Below, in pieces: positions 27,364 through 41,538 of a stretch of DNA of 64,000 nucleotides. A program made the position numbers and the translations under genes. The first letter of the stretch is position 1; each line of letters opens with the position of its first letter. The stretch spans positions 74,214,001 to 74,278,000 of the forward strand of contig NC_043005.1 in NCBI RefSeq assembly GCF_006345805.1, in the 5' to 3' direction. Origin of the DNA: Octopus sinensis (lineage: Eukaryota). The notes beneath the pieces were generated by a model. It made no database searches. It had not been told where the DNA came from and worked only from the letters and a program-made list of their open reading frames with translations.

Positions 27364-27852
27364 TATATATATATGTATGTATAAATATATGTTTTATATA
27401 TATGTAAAAGTTGCATATATATATGATATCGAGTGGCTCTTAATGGCATACGTAATACAGCTGAGGTTTCTGCCTTGCATCACCAATCTCATGGTTATAT
27501 ACATACATAAATACATACATACATACGTACATACATACATACATACATACATACATAAATACATACATATATATATGTAATATGTAATATATGATATATG
27601 ATATATACATATATAACTTATTACGAATGGGTAGATAGATATACATAAATGTATATGTATAAGTATATGTATTATATAGGAGTGGCTATGTGGTAAGTAG
27701 TTTGCTTACCAACCACACAGTTCCGGGTTCAGTCCCACTGCGTGGCACCTTGGGCGAGTGTCTTCTACTATAGCCTCGGGCCGACCAAAGCCTTGTGAGT
27801 GGATTTGGTAGACGGAAACTGAAAGAATCCCGTCGTATATATATATATATAT

Positions 27853-28043
27853 TTATTATATAGAAGGGCTTCTACAGGACTAGAACTGTTTCATTCAAGA
27901 GAAATCTTCAGGAAGCTCATTCTCTTGAATGAAACAGTTCTAGTCCTGTAGAAGCTCCTTCTATATAATAAATTAATTTTCGCTCTGCTATGTATTGAGT
28001 ACCTTATTTACTGTGGTTAACCCCGAATCAACCCGGGACCTAC
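27853..28043. mobile_element. Hammerhead-palindrome mini-element, copy 1
   Basis: Inverted repeat 27853-27971 plus a unique tail ..GTATTGAGTACC..ACCCGGGACCTAC; (TA)n on both sides; homologous to 42009-42200 and 42711-42903. Confidence 0.8.
27866..27918 (-). ncRNA. Type I hammerhead motif
   Basis: GAGCTTC CTGAAGA TTTC-TCTT-GAAT GAAACAG-TTCTAGTC-CTGT A GAAGCCC. Core intact, 4-bp stem III, GUA site; stem II weak and opens with U-U. Confidence 0.65.
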
Positions 28044-28079
28044 ATATATATATATAATTATATATATATATATATTATA

Positions 28080-28118
<39 letters not shown>

Positions 28119-29006
28119 TATATATATATATATATTATTTATATATATATATAATATATTATATATATATATATATATATATGTGGTGTGTGTGTGTGTG
28201 TGTGTGTGGTGTGTGTTGTTGTTTGTGTGTCTGTGTTTGTCTCCCAACATCGCTTGACAACCGATGCTGGTGTGTTTACGTTCCCGTTACTTAGCGTTCG
28301 GCAAAAAGAGACCGATAGGATAAGTACTAGGCTTACAAAAAATAAGTCCTGGGGTCGATTTGCTCGACTGAAAGGCGGTGCTCCAACATGGTCGCAGTCA
28401 AATGACTGAAACAAGTAAAAGAGAAAGAGAAAATATATGTTGTATATATATATGTGTGTGTGTGTGTTCATGTTGTATATATATGTGTGTGTGTGTGTGT
28501 GTGTATTCACACACACGCGCGCACGAATATGTACACGCAACAAAATTATGTGTACCACATATTTCATGCAATCATAATTCAAAATCTTCTAAAATAGTTT
28601 TCAAAATGCTTAGAATGATTTAAAGGGATTTATGCGATATGAATGATGTCTAAGACACAGAAATGGAGTGAATTTCACGTCTACTCAGCAAGCAAACATG
28701 AACTGTACATGTAATTCATGGAACCGGCTTTGTCCCATTCTGTGTCACGTTGAATCTCCCTGAAAATTGCGATAAGTTTATGCATATCTGTAGAGTGCTC
28801 AGCCACTTGCACCTCAATTTCCCCTTCCGTTGATCGGATCAGCTTGGAACTCCTGTCATCGTAACTGACGGAGTGCCAGTTAAATATATATATATATAAA
28901 TTTAATACACACCTATTAGTAGCCCTTTCTTTTGTGTATTAAATTTATATTTATCTCTTATTGGATGGAGTACCTCCTTTCTTGATTCTTCCTGTATTGC
29001 ATTTAT

Positions 29007-29042
<36 letters not shown>

Positions 29043-29110
29043 ATATAATATAATATACTTATATATAATTATATATATATATATATTCTTATATTATATA
29101 TATCTATTAT

Positions 29111-29148
<38 letters not shown>

Positions 29149-29149
29149 G

Positions 29150-29400
29150 TAGTTGGGAGCGCGAGAATTTACAAAAAGAACAAAAGAGGAAGACAGGTAG
29201 TGTAGACAACAAACAGATGTATTAGTTTATCACTCGGGAAGTGAAAAATTTTTTTAATGTTTCGAGCCTACGCTCTTCCATAGAAAGGGACACAGAAAGA
29301 AACAGAGATAGAAAATAAAGAATGTGTAGTGGCTAGCGATCTATCACGGCGAATGTCGGACAGAGGAGTCACACAGGAAAGCTAGGAAGAAGTGGAGATA
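29150..29400 (-). mobile_element. Penelope-like terminal repeat fragment with decayed HHR-like motif
   Basis: Homologous to 63845-64000; minus 29252-29287 reads CTTT CTATGGA A GAGC-GTAG-GCTC GAAAC ATT AAAA. Confidence 0.6.
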
Positions 29401-30505
29401 ATAAAGTAGTGGTGAGGATAAACACAAGTACATTTTATAGTCAGTATGCGCGTTGCACCATTATTGCTAGTCTAAACCCAACAACAGGTGTTCCAAGTGC
29501 ATTTATGTTTTCAACCATACTGATTCTCAGGTCATCAGAGAACACCTTATTGCGATAAGTTTCGGATAACTATAACTATATATATGTATATTATTTCATA
29601 TGCATAACATTTATAAGGTGTATACAGAGGTGGAAGGGCTATAACTCTGGCATGTGTCCCAGAGAAGTTGTATACAGAAACTGGCTTAGAATATTTTTAG
29701 CGGGAAGTAAAAATCTATTGTTTCGACCTTATTTTGCCTTGCCACTGAGAAATCCCTCTGAACAGTCATAACAAGGCTGAAAAATAGTCGTTCCCATATA
29801 GAGAATAGCAAACAAAACATTCACTGATTTGGACGAAAACTTCAATCATGCCGTTAATTATTTTAATGAATGACTTCTGGGGTGATTCAATTTTGGAGAT
29901 GTTTTGTTTTGTATGGGGAGACCACGTGGGAAACAGTATTCAAGGTGGCCATACAAAGAGAAATAACACCTTGTTCTCTGGACCGGAAGGTTCTTAGGAC
30001 CCAGGAGCTCATCTTACGATGTATATCGAGCTTATTGTTAATGTGGACACTCCAGCTGAGATTGCATGTATTCATACATACAAACATATATACGTATATA
30101 TCTGTTTACATAGACATACATACATGTATACATAGATGCAAATATTTAAGAATATTCGTATATGCTTTGTGTGGCAAGTGTAGGTCTGCTTACAAACTCA
30201 AACACAGGCAATTATAGTTAAGCAAATAGATAAAAGTAACAAGGATTTTAAAGGCCGCGTGTAGATCTATAAAAACGAATTATGAATTTCATGTGCACTT
30301 GTGCATATCCTAACTGCAAACAACACGTTATTACAATTGTCATTCCATCCTATACTTATTTTGTTGCACGCAATAAATCTTAATTCGTTCGGGAAGAAAC
30401 GCAGTCTTCACTGTTAATATATATCGCAATAAAACGATCCGATTACATCGATGTAAGCACACTCAGTTTATGCGTTCCTATCCATATGCATACACACACA
30501 CACAT

Positions 30506-30557
<52 letters not shown>

Positions 30558-30628
30558 ACATATATGTATACATGTGAGTGCATGTATGTATGCATGCATA
30601 TATATATACAAATATATATATGTATGTG

Positions 30629-30702
<74 letters not shown>

Positions 30703-31109
30703 GTAATGTTTATATTATTTGCGTATCTTTGTCTTTGTTTGCCCACGCATCTCTGTTACCGCTTGAAAACTGGTGTTAGGGTGTTTACGTCCCCGAGACC
30801 TAGCTGTTCAGCAAATAAGACCGATAGAATAAGATTTGTTAGACTAAAAAAAAACCTTCAAGGCGGTGCTCCAGTATGGCTGCAGTCAGATGACTGAAGC
30901 AGGTAAGAGGGTAAAAGAGTACACACACACACACACATATGCATACATATATATATATAATAAAATACAAACAGACGAATATGTTACCTGGTATTGCTAC
31001 AATTGTTTCATGAGTCGTCTTCTTTCATAAGCCTAACACTAGTTATTTGATTGCATGAAATGTTACATAGCTCCCAACTCATCAGACCACCAAGGCCATG
31101 CGCTGTTTA

Positions 31110-31265
31110 TCTTGATATGAGATCACCATGTCATGCACATATAATTGAGATGCATGTACCTGGTGTACCATTATCGGACAGGTAGCCATAATAGGTATAT
31201 TGGGATTCGTATATTTATGCCCCAATATCACTTTGATGACATACACTGCTCTCTCTCTCTCAACT
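31110..31265 (+). repeat. Unclassified element end abutting (AAT)n (second copy 61337-61487, opposite strand)
   Basis: ..GAGATCACCATGTC..ACTTTGATG.CAT.CACTG.TCTCTC then (AAT)n in both copies. Confidence 0.65.
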
Positions 31266-31288
31266 CTCTCTCTCGCTCTCTCTCAATA

Positions 31289-31640
<352 letters not shown>

Positions 31641-32111
31641 AATAACAGCAAAACAGAAAAAACATTAAAACAATAAATTATAAACCTATGACGGCGACGA
31701 CGACGATGATGACGTTAATGGTGTTGGTGTTGGTGTTGATAACGCTAATGATAATGATGATAATGATGATAATGATGATAATGATGATAATGATGATAAT
31801 GATGATAACAATGATGCTGATCAAGGTAATTATATATATAGAATGAGCTGACTCAATTTCATAGCAATATTAATAGACAGGGTTAAAAACATCCGGTTTG
31901 AAACTGTCCTCTTGTACAATATTTATGTTCAAACGATGTTTAAGTGGACAGTGCAAGGCTCATTTAGGAGCTCTATACAAATATGTGTACACACACACGC
32001 ACAGAGAAATATATGTCTATGTGTGTGTGTGTTTGTGTGTGTGAAATTTCGAGCCTTGTGCCTTTGGTGGAAAAGACTATTACTATTATTATTATTATTA
32101 TTATTATTATT

Positions 32112-32152
<41 letters not shown>

Positions 32153-32229
32153 TAATTATATTATTATTATATTATTATTATTATTATTACTTATTAGTTA
32201 TTATTATTATTATTATCATTATTATTATG

Positions 32230-32268
<39 letters not shown>

Positions 32269-34925
32269 GTTCATCCGTACTATGTGTTCTGAGTTCCTGT
32301 TCTGCCGCAGTCGATTTTGTCTTTCATCCTTTCGGGGTCGATAAATTAAGTACCAAAGAAGCACTGATGTCGGTGTAATCGACTCGTCCCCTCTCACGAA
32401 AATTTCAAGCCTTCTGCCTTTGGTAGAAAGGATTGTTATTGTTGTTGTTATTGTTATTGCTGTTGCTACTGCTGCTGTTGATGTTAATGAGGACTGTTCA
32501 CAGAATTCTGTTAAAAATTTAGATTTTACCACATTGAACCAGGGATCATGAGGTTGGGAAGCAAGCTATTTACCACACAGCCACTCCTGCGCCTATATCT
32601 ACATTCTGAAGTCAGGCCAGAGATAACTTTTGGAGTCTCTTACTCTGTTTATCATAGATGTTGATCTTATGTAGGTCAGTAGAACGACAAAATATTACAT
32701 AAAAATTACAATGGTTTCTGTATATGTAGTCTTTCATTCATCCACTTATTATTAAGTTTATTTTGCAACCAGGGTAGCTAATATTGCTGTTGTCGTCTTA
32801 ATTCGACGTTCAATTATCGATCCACGAATTGGAAACGATCTTGAGATGGTTGAATTTTTCCATGAAATAGAATCTTAGCAGTATCATACTAAGTCTAACT
32901 ATCCCAGGTATTTCCTAACTAAGGATGAAACTTATTCTCTCAAATTATACACCAGTGTCTGAAATACTAAACACCAGTGACCCGATGCCAATTAGGTAAA
33001 TGCTAATACATGATACTCTTTTTATATAAGTTTATCTTTTACATTTATCATCGAGACATTTTGGTAAAAAATCCATGTTGTGTTTTTACAACTTTACTGG
33101 GCATTCTAGAAAAACAAAACGCGTTGTGGTTGTTCTAAGCGGTATTTTCATGAAAGCTATTTTATTTTTTTTTCTAGCATGGTTGTCATAATTTCTAAAT
33201 GTCAACTCAGCAGTGGTGTTTTCTTATCCCTCTCTTAAACAGCAAGAATACATTTTAACAAATATTTATGTTTATAGACCAACTGGAATAATTTGAAACA
33301 TTTTCTCAAATACTTAATTGTTTTGTGTTGGATATTTCTTTAAAACAACAAAAAAATTATATGGCCCTCTAAAATTCTGTTACTCTGACGCAAAAATGTG
33401 TAGTAAATTTTTCACAAATTTATACGGGAACATAGTGCTTTTGTTTCTATTTAAGGGACCTTTTCTCTACTAAATTATTTTATAAGAAGAGAACAAAATA
33501 CACATATAAAAATAATTTGTGACAGTTGTTGACAAAAGAGAATAGATTCATAAAACTTATATAAAGACATACAAAACGTATAAACAAGTGTTTTTATTGA
33601 TATTTTCACTTAGAACAAACGTAAAGCAAAACATTTCAAATAACTTCAGTTCGTTTCTTTCTGATAATTTCGCTTGAGGTCTCGGATAAAGTAAAACTTC
33701 ATTCTGAGTTCAAACCTCGCTTAGGTTAACATTGCTTTTTTTTTTTTAACTTCTAGCGTCTATAAAATAAGTAACAGCCAATTATAATGCAGTGGATATA
33801 ATCAATTATATAACTCTACCTCAAAACTGTGGTCGTCTGCCTATGCAAGAAACCATTATTGCACATTCAAATAACAATACCCGGGAATGGCGACCCGTTA
33901 ATCAGCAGCCTCCATTGAATTTAGAGCGATTGACACACACTGCGTCATTGTCAACTCTTTCACGAGAGAATTTAAAACAATTTATTATATTGCGAAAATA
34001 AAACAATGTATTTTTTTCTGGATATTTTGAAAATTGTTTTCCAGTCACGTAAAACGGACGAAAATCTATTATGCTTTTTTTCTAAATTTAACAATTATTA
34101 TTAAACAAATTACGTCACTCGATTTCAATGGGAAATACACGGTCTTCTTCAGTGACACTTAAAAACTATGACTATTAATAACGCCAACTTATTTAGTGGT
34201 ATTTTTATATTCAGTTTTTATTTTCCTTTCGTGTCGCAGTTTTCTCTTTTATTTCTCTTTTACTCGTTTCAATCATTGGACAGCGGCCATGCAGAGGTAC
34301 CAACTTGAAGGGTTTCAGTCGAACAGATGGACCTTATACTTACGCTTTTTTCTTCTTAATTTTTGGTTTTTAAATCTGGTCACTTTTGCCGATCTGCTAA
34401 GCTAGTGGGACGCAAACAAACCAGCCTCGTTCATCAAGCGGTGTTGAAGGGGTGGACAATCACAGACACAAAGAAACACGCATGGAAACATACATATTTG
34501 TCATATATTTTTTTCTCTACTCCCTTGGTTTGCGTATATACTACCTGTGGGTGAGATAAGATCCCCGTTGACAGATCGCTGATATTAAATAAATCGCTAA
34601 ATACACTATGCAGGTTAGTAGCTTCAGTTCTCTGAAGCTAGTGGGTTTGTTGTGTCTATAAACAGAATGACTACGTATTTCTTCTTTGGGGTTGGTCAAG
34701 TGATGTAGACGATTCCGATGAGAACAAAATAAGGTTTGAGAATCGATTTAGATTTTTCGCCAATTTTTTTTTTAATTTACGGAGAAATTTACCATGTTTA
34801 TATGTCTACAAGGCAGGTTTACATACACTTATATATTAATATATATATATATATATAATATTATATATATAATATTACTATTTATTATTAATTGAACGCG
34901 ACGCATCCATTTCCAAGTAAGTATG

Positions 34926-34956
<31 letters not shown>

Positions 34957-35461
34957 TGTATGTATGTATGTATGTATGTATGTATGTATGTTTGTATGTA
35001 TATACGACGGGCTTCAACAAGAAAAAAAACTTGCCCAATATGCCGCACAGTTGGATTGAACTCGAACTCCCGTGGTGTCAAAGTGGACTTTCTTAATCAT
35101 ACAGCCATGCCTTATAGTGGTGAATAAAATTAAATACTACAACTCGTTATATTCGTTTCAAGGCTGGCAATCTCGTGGGAAGGGATAAATCGATTACATC
35201 GATCGTGCAACTCATTTTTATCGAGCTCTTAAGAAAGAAAAGCAAAGTAAACCGCGTCGGAATTTGAACTCAAAAGAAATTCTGTTAATTACCGGCGCGG
35301 TAACGATTCTGCCACTTCGTCGCCTTAAGTTCATGTTATATTAAAATTCTTGTTGTTTTAGTTGTCATCGCTTATCCCAAGGTCAGTATCGGCCAAGCAA
35401 AACAATAATCAAAAATATTATTTACATTTGACGGATATTTGTCCTCATCTTCTTTGTTGTC

Positions 35462-35507
35462 AACACAACGTTTCGGCCGATATACCCTCCAGCCTTCATC
35501 AGGTGTC
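35462..35507 (-). ncRNA. Minimal type I hammerhead
   Basis: GACAC CTGATGA A GGCTGG-AGGGTATA-TCGGCC GAAAC GTT GTGTT. Confidence 0.75.
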
Positions 35508-35557
35508 TTGGGGAAATTTGAAACCTGGGTTCTCATTCCTAAGGTATTTTTTCTATG

Positions 35558-35620
<63 letters not shown>

Positions 35621-35623
35621 TCA

Positions 35624-35695
35624 GGTCATATGTGTAGTGGTTAAGAGCGCGGGCTACTAACCCCAAGATTCCAAGTCCGATTCCAAGCAGTGACC
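35624..35695 (+). other. 72-nt tRNA-derived head (not a functional tRNA)
   Basis: Acceptor-like GGTCA../..GTGACC, A box GTGTAGTGGTTAAG, GGG-CTACTAA-CCC arm, degenerate B box GTCCGATTCC; T stem does not pair. Confidence 0.65.
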
Positions 35696-35708
35696 TGAAT
35701 AATAATAT

Positions 35709-35745
<37 letters not shown>

Positions 35746-35872
35746 TAATAACAACAACAACAATAATAATAATAATAATAATAATGATAATAATAATAAT
35801 AATAATAATAATGATAATAATAACATCGAAAAATACCTTAGGAATGAGAACCCAGGTTCGAAATTTCCCCAA

Positions 35873-35918
35873 GACACCTGATGAAGGTTGGAGGATATAT
35901 TAGCCGAAACGTTGTGTT
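35873..35918 (+). ncRNA. Minimal type I hammerhead
   Basis: GACAC CTGATGA A GGTTGG-AGGATATA-TTAGCC GAAAC GTT GTGTT. Confidence 0.75.
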
Positions 35919-36354
35919 AACAACAAACAAGATGAGGTCAAATATCCGTCAAATGTAAATAATGTAAATAAAGTAAATAATGTACATAATTCCTCATCTC
36001 TTATATATAGAACTGAATATTCAAAGACATTCCAACCATAACATTTCCTTCTTTTTTGTATATATGGTTACATTTCATGTGTCTTTTATTTGGGATATTA
36101 GTGTAATTTAGAAGAGATTTGACTGTTATTTCTAGCAAGTCGAGCGGCGATAACGTAGAGATCCACTCATTGACTCGGTAGTTAAAATACGTTTTGTTAT
36201 ATAAGAAAATGCATCGACAATTCTTAAAGGTTCTGTGTGATAAAAGGTTGAAGAAAAAATAGTTGCATTGATGTTTTCTGCAGAACATAACTGGTTTAAG
36301 TGAAAAGAGAAGCTAGGACTTTAATACGTAAGTGTACACGCATGCGCATACAAG

Positions 36355-36385
<31 letters not shown>

Positions 36386-36539
36386 GCACAGATATGAAAA
36401 CATTTACAAACACGCGAACACAAACACAGATACACACTCGCACATACTCATGCACATATCTACTCACAAATACATTGAAACACGTACTCGTAAACACATA
36501 CAAACTCTCGCCCATACACACATACACACTCACGCACGT

Positions 36540-37146
36540 ATATATTTCTTTACTACCCCGAAGGGGCTAAACACAGAGGGGACAAACAAGGACAGACAAA
36601 GGGATTAAGTCGATTACATCGACCCAGTGCGAAACTGGTACTTTATTTATCGACCCCGAGAGGATGAAAGGCAAAGTCGACCTCGGCGGAATTTGAAATC
36701 AGAACGTAACGACAGACGAAATACCTATTTCTTTACTACCTACAAGGGGCTAAACACGGAGAGGACAAACAAGGACAGACAAACGGATTAATTCAATTAT
36801 ATCGACCCCAGTGCGTAACTGGTACTTATTTAATCGACCCCGAAAGAATGAAAGGCAAAGTCAACCTCGGCGGAATTTGAATACAGAACGTAGCGGCAGA
36901 CGAAATACCTATTTCTATTTCTTTATTACTCACAAGGGGCTAAACACAGAGGGGACAAACAAGGACAGACATAGGTATTAAGTCGATTACATCGACCCTA
37001 GTGCGTAACTGGTACTTAATTTATCGACCCCGAAAGAATGAAAGGCAAAGTCAACCTCGGCGGAATTTGAACATAGAACGTAGCGGCAGACGAAATACCG
37101 CTAAGCATTTCACCCGGCGCGCTAACGTATCTGCCAGCTCGCCGCC
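36540..37146 (-). mobile_element. SINE family B trimer
   Basis: One head at 37090-37146 and three roughly 160-bp units joined at ..AAAGAAATAGGTATTTCGTCTG. Confidence 0.9.
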
Positions 37147-38180
37147 TTACACTCACGCACGTTCATTCATGTGTATGTGTGCGTGTGAGTGGTTGCATAT
37201 ATATACGTGCGTGCGTGTAAGGCGGCGAGCTGGCAGAAACGTTAGCGCGCCGGGCGAAATGCTTAGCGGTATTTCGTCTGTAGTTGGTGGTAAATGATGT
37301 GAAAGAAAGAATTCGTAAGGAACTGAAATCTACCCCACATCCTTCTTCTCTTTCCTGTATTTGCAACCTTCACATGTAAGAACTGCTTTGTCAGTTAAAA
37401 TCCAGGAAACATAGGCTGTGTTAGCATACTGATCATTATCTTCAAGCAGTCTTTGCTGTTTTATATTATTACCGAATTCTTTAAATTAGGGCTGTTTATC
37501 TAAAGATAGTAAACCTGTTGTTGGCACTGTGGTGCATTGCTGTGCCCCCAAGGGATATCTAGGTACGCTGGGGAATTTAAAAAAAATTAAACTAGAGGCT
37601 TTAGAAAATTCATACGAATGCTAGAAAATACTGAACGACATGTTATTCATAATTTTCTGATCGATAAATATAATTAATAATTATTTCCACAGCTGACATG
37701 GTTGTACTAGTTACTAGGCTTACAAAGAATAAGTCCTTGGGTCGATTTGCTCGACTAAAGGCGGTGCTCCAGCATGGCCGCAGTCAAATGACTGAAACAA
37801 ATAAAAGAGTAAAAGAGAGTCAGTAAGATGTTTAATTTTTTCAGTTTTCATATTTATGAAAAGTAAGAGTAACGTGTGTCTAGTAACATTTTTATTTGAT
37901 AAAAAGGCAGAGAACCACTATAGTAAGCATTCCCTTGAGTGTACACTTTCCCTAAAGAAATGTTTCAGATCCTACAAACTATCAGTCCATCATTCATCAT
38001 GTCACCCTCAATGTTTTAAAGAGTACTCAGTAAATATAGCCGGTGGTCTAAAATATTGGCTTCTATCAAAATTCTGTGATATTTATTATCGTTATTGTCG
38101 TCATCATCATCAGCATCATCATCGTTGTTGTCGTCATTGTCGCTGTATCGTCGCCATCGTCGTCATCATCATCATCATCC

Positions 38181-38214
<34 letters not shown>

Positions 38215-39166
38215 TCATCATCATCATCATCATCATCATTCTCATCATTATCATCATTAATATTATCATAGTCACCGTCATCACTTTCAATATCTTCCTC
38301 CTTCTCCTCATTATCATCATAATCCTCATAACTACCATTACCACCACCACCACCACCATCACCACCACCACCACCATCACCACCACCACACCACCAACCA
38401 CCACCACCACCACCACCACCAATTAAAGCAAAGACGCGGCCCTCGATACCAGCAAAGCATTTGATCTTTAATGGTATCTACATCTTAAAAATAGGAAGAA
38501 AAAAAATGAAACAGAAACAGCTGTTCGCCTATTTTCTGGATCACTGCCTGTATTGCATATGATCCGTTTGCTTCGACTGTGTTTTAGATATTAGTTAGTT
38601 TTCCCTTCATTCTTAGTACATTAGGTCCGTTTGTTCTGTCAGGATTTCTACATAAAGCCACTAATGAACAATACTTCTCTTTCACCATGTGCACAGGGTC
38701 TTTATCTTCACGCAAATTCAGCATTTTCAATCTGACATTCTTATCTTCCATAAACATTGACCTCTAAACCAACCTGTGTTGGGAATTCGACAACCTTGTT
38801 TCACCCAACATACCAAAACATCAAATTCTCAAGAAAATATATTTTGTTTCTTGCTTCACCTCTACTCATAAACACAACACAGACAAAACGATCACACCCA
38901 ATCCAAATATTAGGTTTTACGCGCGCCAACGATGTCACTCGATTTCCTATAAATAGCAGCCAAATCTCTCAGATCACATACGCTCTGTTATATTCAGGCA
39001 AACAAATAAACAGTAAAAATACATTGGATAATATAGTCTTGTATACAGCATTCTATATCTGGAACAAAAGCAGGGTTGTAATGGCTGAAACCGGGCATAC
39101 GCCTGCAAAATTTGAGCGACAAAGAGTTAAGCAGTAACAACTAAGTTTTATAATTTCTGATAACTA

Positions 39167-39729
39167 TTGGGTTGTCCGGAAAGTTAGTGCCGATTTTTAA
39201 AGGAAAGAAAACGGTCAATAGATACTTGCCATTACATTTTTAATCAACCAAATATGAAACATTTTGTTGCACAATGCGTCTCCATCTTTCCTTTAACTTG
39301 AAAATACCCTCTTCCCAGAACTGAGGTGGTTTCATGGCAAATAATTCAAGGTATCTTTTTACGTCATCCAAGGAATTGAAATTTTTACCATTAAGACTAT
39401 TCTGCAGAGACCTGAATTAGTGGAAATCCGAAGGAGCAATATCTGGTGAATATGGAGGGTGGGATAACACATCCCAGCCGAGCTGCAGCAATTTTTGTCT
39501 GGTTCCCAAAGCATCAAGTGCCGAAAATGAACTTTCTTGTATTCCATTTTAAAGGGTTACAAAATTAACACAGGTTATAGGAACATAAACCTTCTTCCAC
39601 GAAAAGATAGCTTAAACTGTGTTCTAAATGGAGGTGTAGTCAAATTCTATTTTATGAACTCAACCATGTTCTAAAATAAGTCGAAGGATAGGCTACTATA
39701 AATCGGCACGAACTTTCCGGAGAACCCAA
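39167..39729 (-). mobile_element. Deleted mariner element
   Basis: TIRs TA|TTGGGTTGTCCGGAAAGTTAGTGCCGATTT and AAATCGGCACGAACTTTCCGGAGAACCCAA|TA. Minus strand GTRQKLLQLGWDVLSHPPYSPDIAPSDFH*FRSLQNSLNGK carries the YSPDLAP motif. Confidence 0.9.
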
Positions 39730-40153
39730 TACTTCAGATGATCATACGTTATTCACATAGCTAGATTTACATCATGAAGTCAGAGCTTCATAATCAGGAA
39801 ATAATTCCACTCTGAACAGCTGTTGGTTTTATTCAAAATTCAAATACGCCCAACATTAGAATAAATTTCATACATCTGGAACAAAATATCCATCACATAA
39901 ATATACGTTTTAGATGTGTACATAAAAGCACAGCTGCTCACCTTCCAGTCCTACTTAATATACAGCCCTTTCATTCAGAAACATTTTCGTATAATGTTTG
40001 AGAAAATGTTCTGCAGAACTGATTCATTAACACATCCACTAAAAATTACATATACAAACGAAAGAACCACATGGTGGTCAGTCGACAAAATACAAATGAC
40101 AGACAAGCCTTTCTGAAAACACAATTTGCCACATCAGAAAAAGAAGGATGTGA

Positions 40154-40226
<73 letters not shown>

Positions 40227-40561
40227 GTAAATTGTTTACTTTGGTCGATCCAGTGCCCTGCTTTTCAGAAGTTTTAGCCCCGTATAAACGTGTTCCCAGA
40301 GAGCAATAGAATGAACAGAAGACACATTAATATGATTAGCAAAACACAGCGATAAAAGAGTAACTGAATTGAGAAGTCGGCATTTGACTGTGGCCATTAG
40401 AGCAAAAAGTGCATGTCGGTGGAGGAAACATGCTAGGAAACGCGCAACCATATACAAACACACACAGTAGCATCTGTGCGTTCGTCTGTTTGCTTATTTA
40501 TCTGTTCATGTGTATATGCTTTTTTACTCGTATACATACACACACCACACACACACACACA

Positions 40562-40633
<72 letters not shown>

Positions 40634-41369
40634 TGTGTGTGTGTGCATATAATAATGGCAGAAATAACAGAGTGACTCAAGGGCCGAGAGTTTCGTCTGA
40701 ACTATATATATATATAAACGTCTGGTGTGTGTTGCGTACCGTTTCTAGTAAATGAAAAAAATGCACCGTAAATAAACGATGGATATAAAACGTATAGGCA
40801 TAAGACACAGAGGGTCCTTAATCCTTCATCTGTTACCAACCAGAATGGTTATACTCAGTTTCGCACCTTTAATGACAAAAATGAGGGGCGAAAAAACGCT
40901 GAGAATCGGGCCTCAAGCAAAAAAAAACGACCCGGTGTGGACATACGAAAGTAAAACAAAATGTAATTTAAGACGATGGAGAAAGACGAAAAAGAGCGAA
41001 ATATGGCCTTGTGGCAAAACGTCAAGAATGGTTGGTAACGTTTAGAAAAAAATCGTGAAGGATGTAAACAACAGTAAATAGCAAGACCGGAAGTATTTTT
41101 TGTAACCGAACCGCAGGGCAGATAGAGAGAATGAAGAAAAAACTGGCCACAGGTCACGTGTCAACAGCAGGCAGATGAGACAGGGTAAGTGTGTGTGTGT
41201 GTGTTTGTGTGTGTGGTTAGGTAGGTGGGTGGGAAATCTTAAGGATACAAGCAAGGGACTTATAGAAGGAAAGTGAGAGAGATATATACAAAGAGCGAGG
41301 GAAGAGGGAGTGATATATCAATGTCGTGTTCTTTATTTAGGCATTAAGCTTGTTAAGCTATCAAGATAG

Positions 41370-41453
<84 letters not shown>

Positions 41454-41480
41454 GTGTGTGTATGTGTGTGTGTGCGCATC

Positions 41481-41530
<50 letters not shown>

Positions 41531-41538
41531 CGTGTATA

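Larger units (their letters stand above)
27678..28425 (+). mobile_element. SINE family A interrupted within its (TA)n
   Basis: Head 27678-27836, tail 28205-28425; the palindromic element lies inside the internal microsatellite. Confidence 0.85.
35417..35990. mobile_element. Foldback element: inverted HHR-bearing arms, (TTA)n/(TAA)n spacers, tRNA-like loop
   Basis: 35417-35628 pairs with 35691-35963, including the microsatellites; TGTAAATAA-like short tandem tail on the right side only. Confidence 0.85.

Noticed and set aside
34114-34156. GTCA CTGAAGA..GAAATCGA GTGAC on minus
   Set aside because: Core and stem I are present, but stem II does not pair and the U of the cleavage triplet is missing; at best a dead relic.
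35624-35695. Functional tRNA-Ser with ACT anticodon
   Set aside because: T stem unpaired, T55 mutated, and ACT anticodons are generally not used; treated as a derived head.
40760-41180. Coding-like K/R/E-rich stretch
   Set aside because: Stops in every frame, no recognisable motif, no consistent splice sites.
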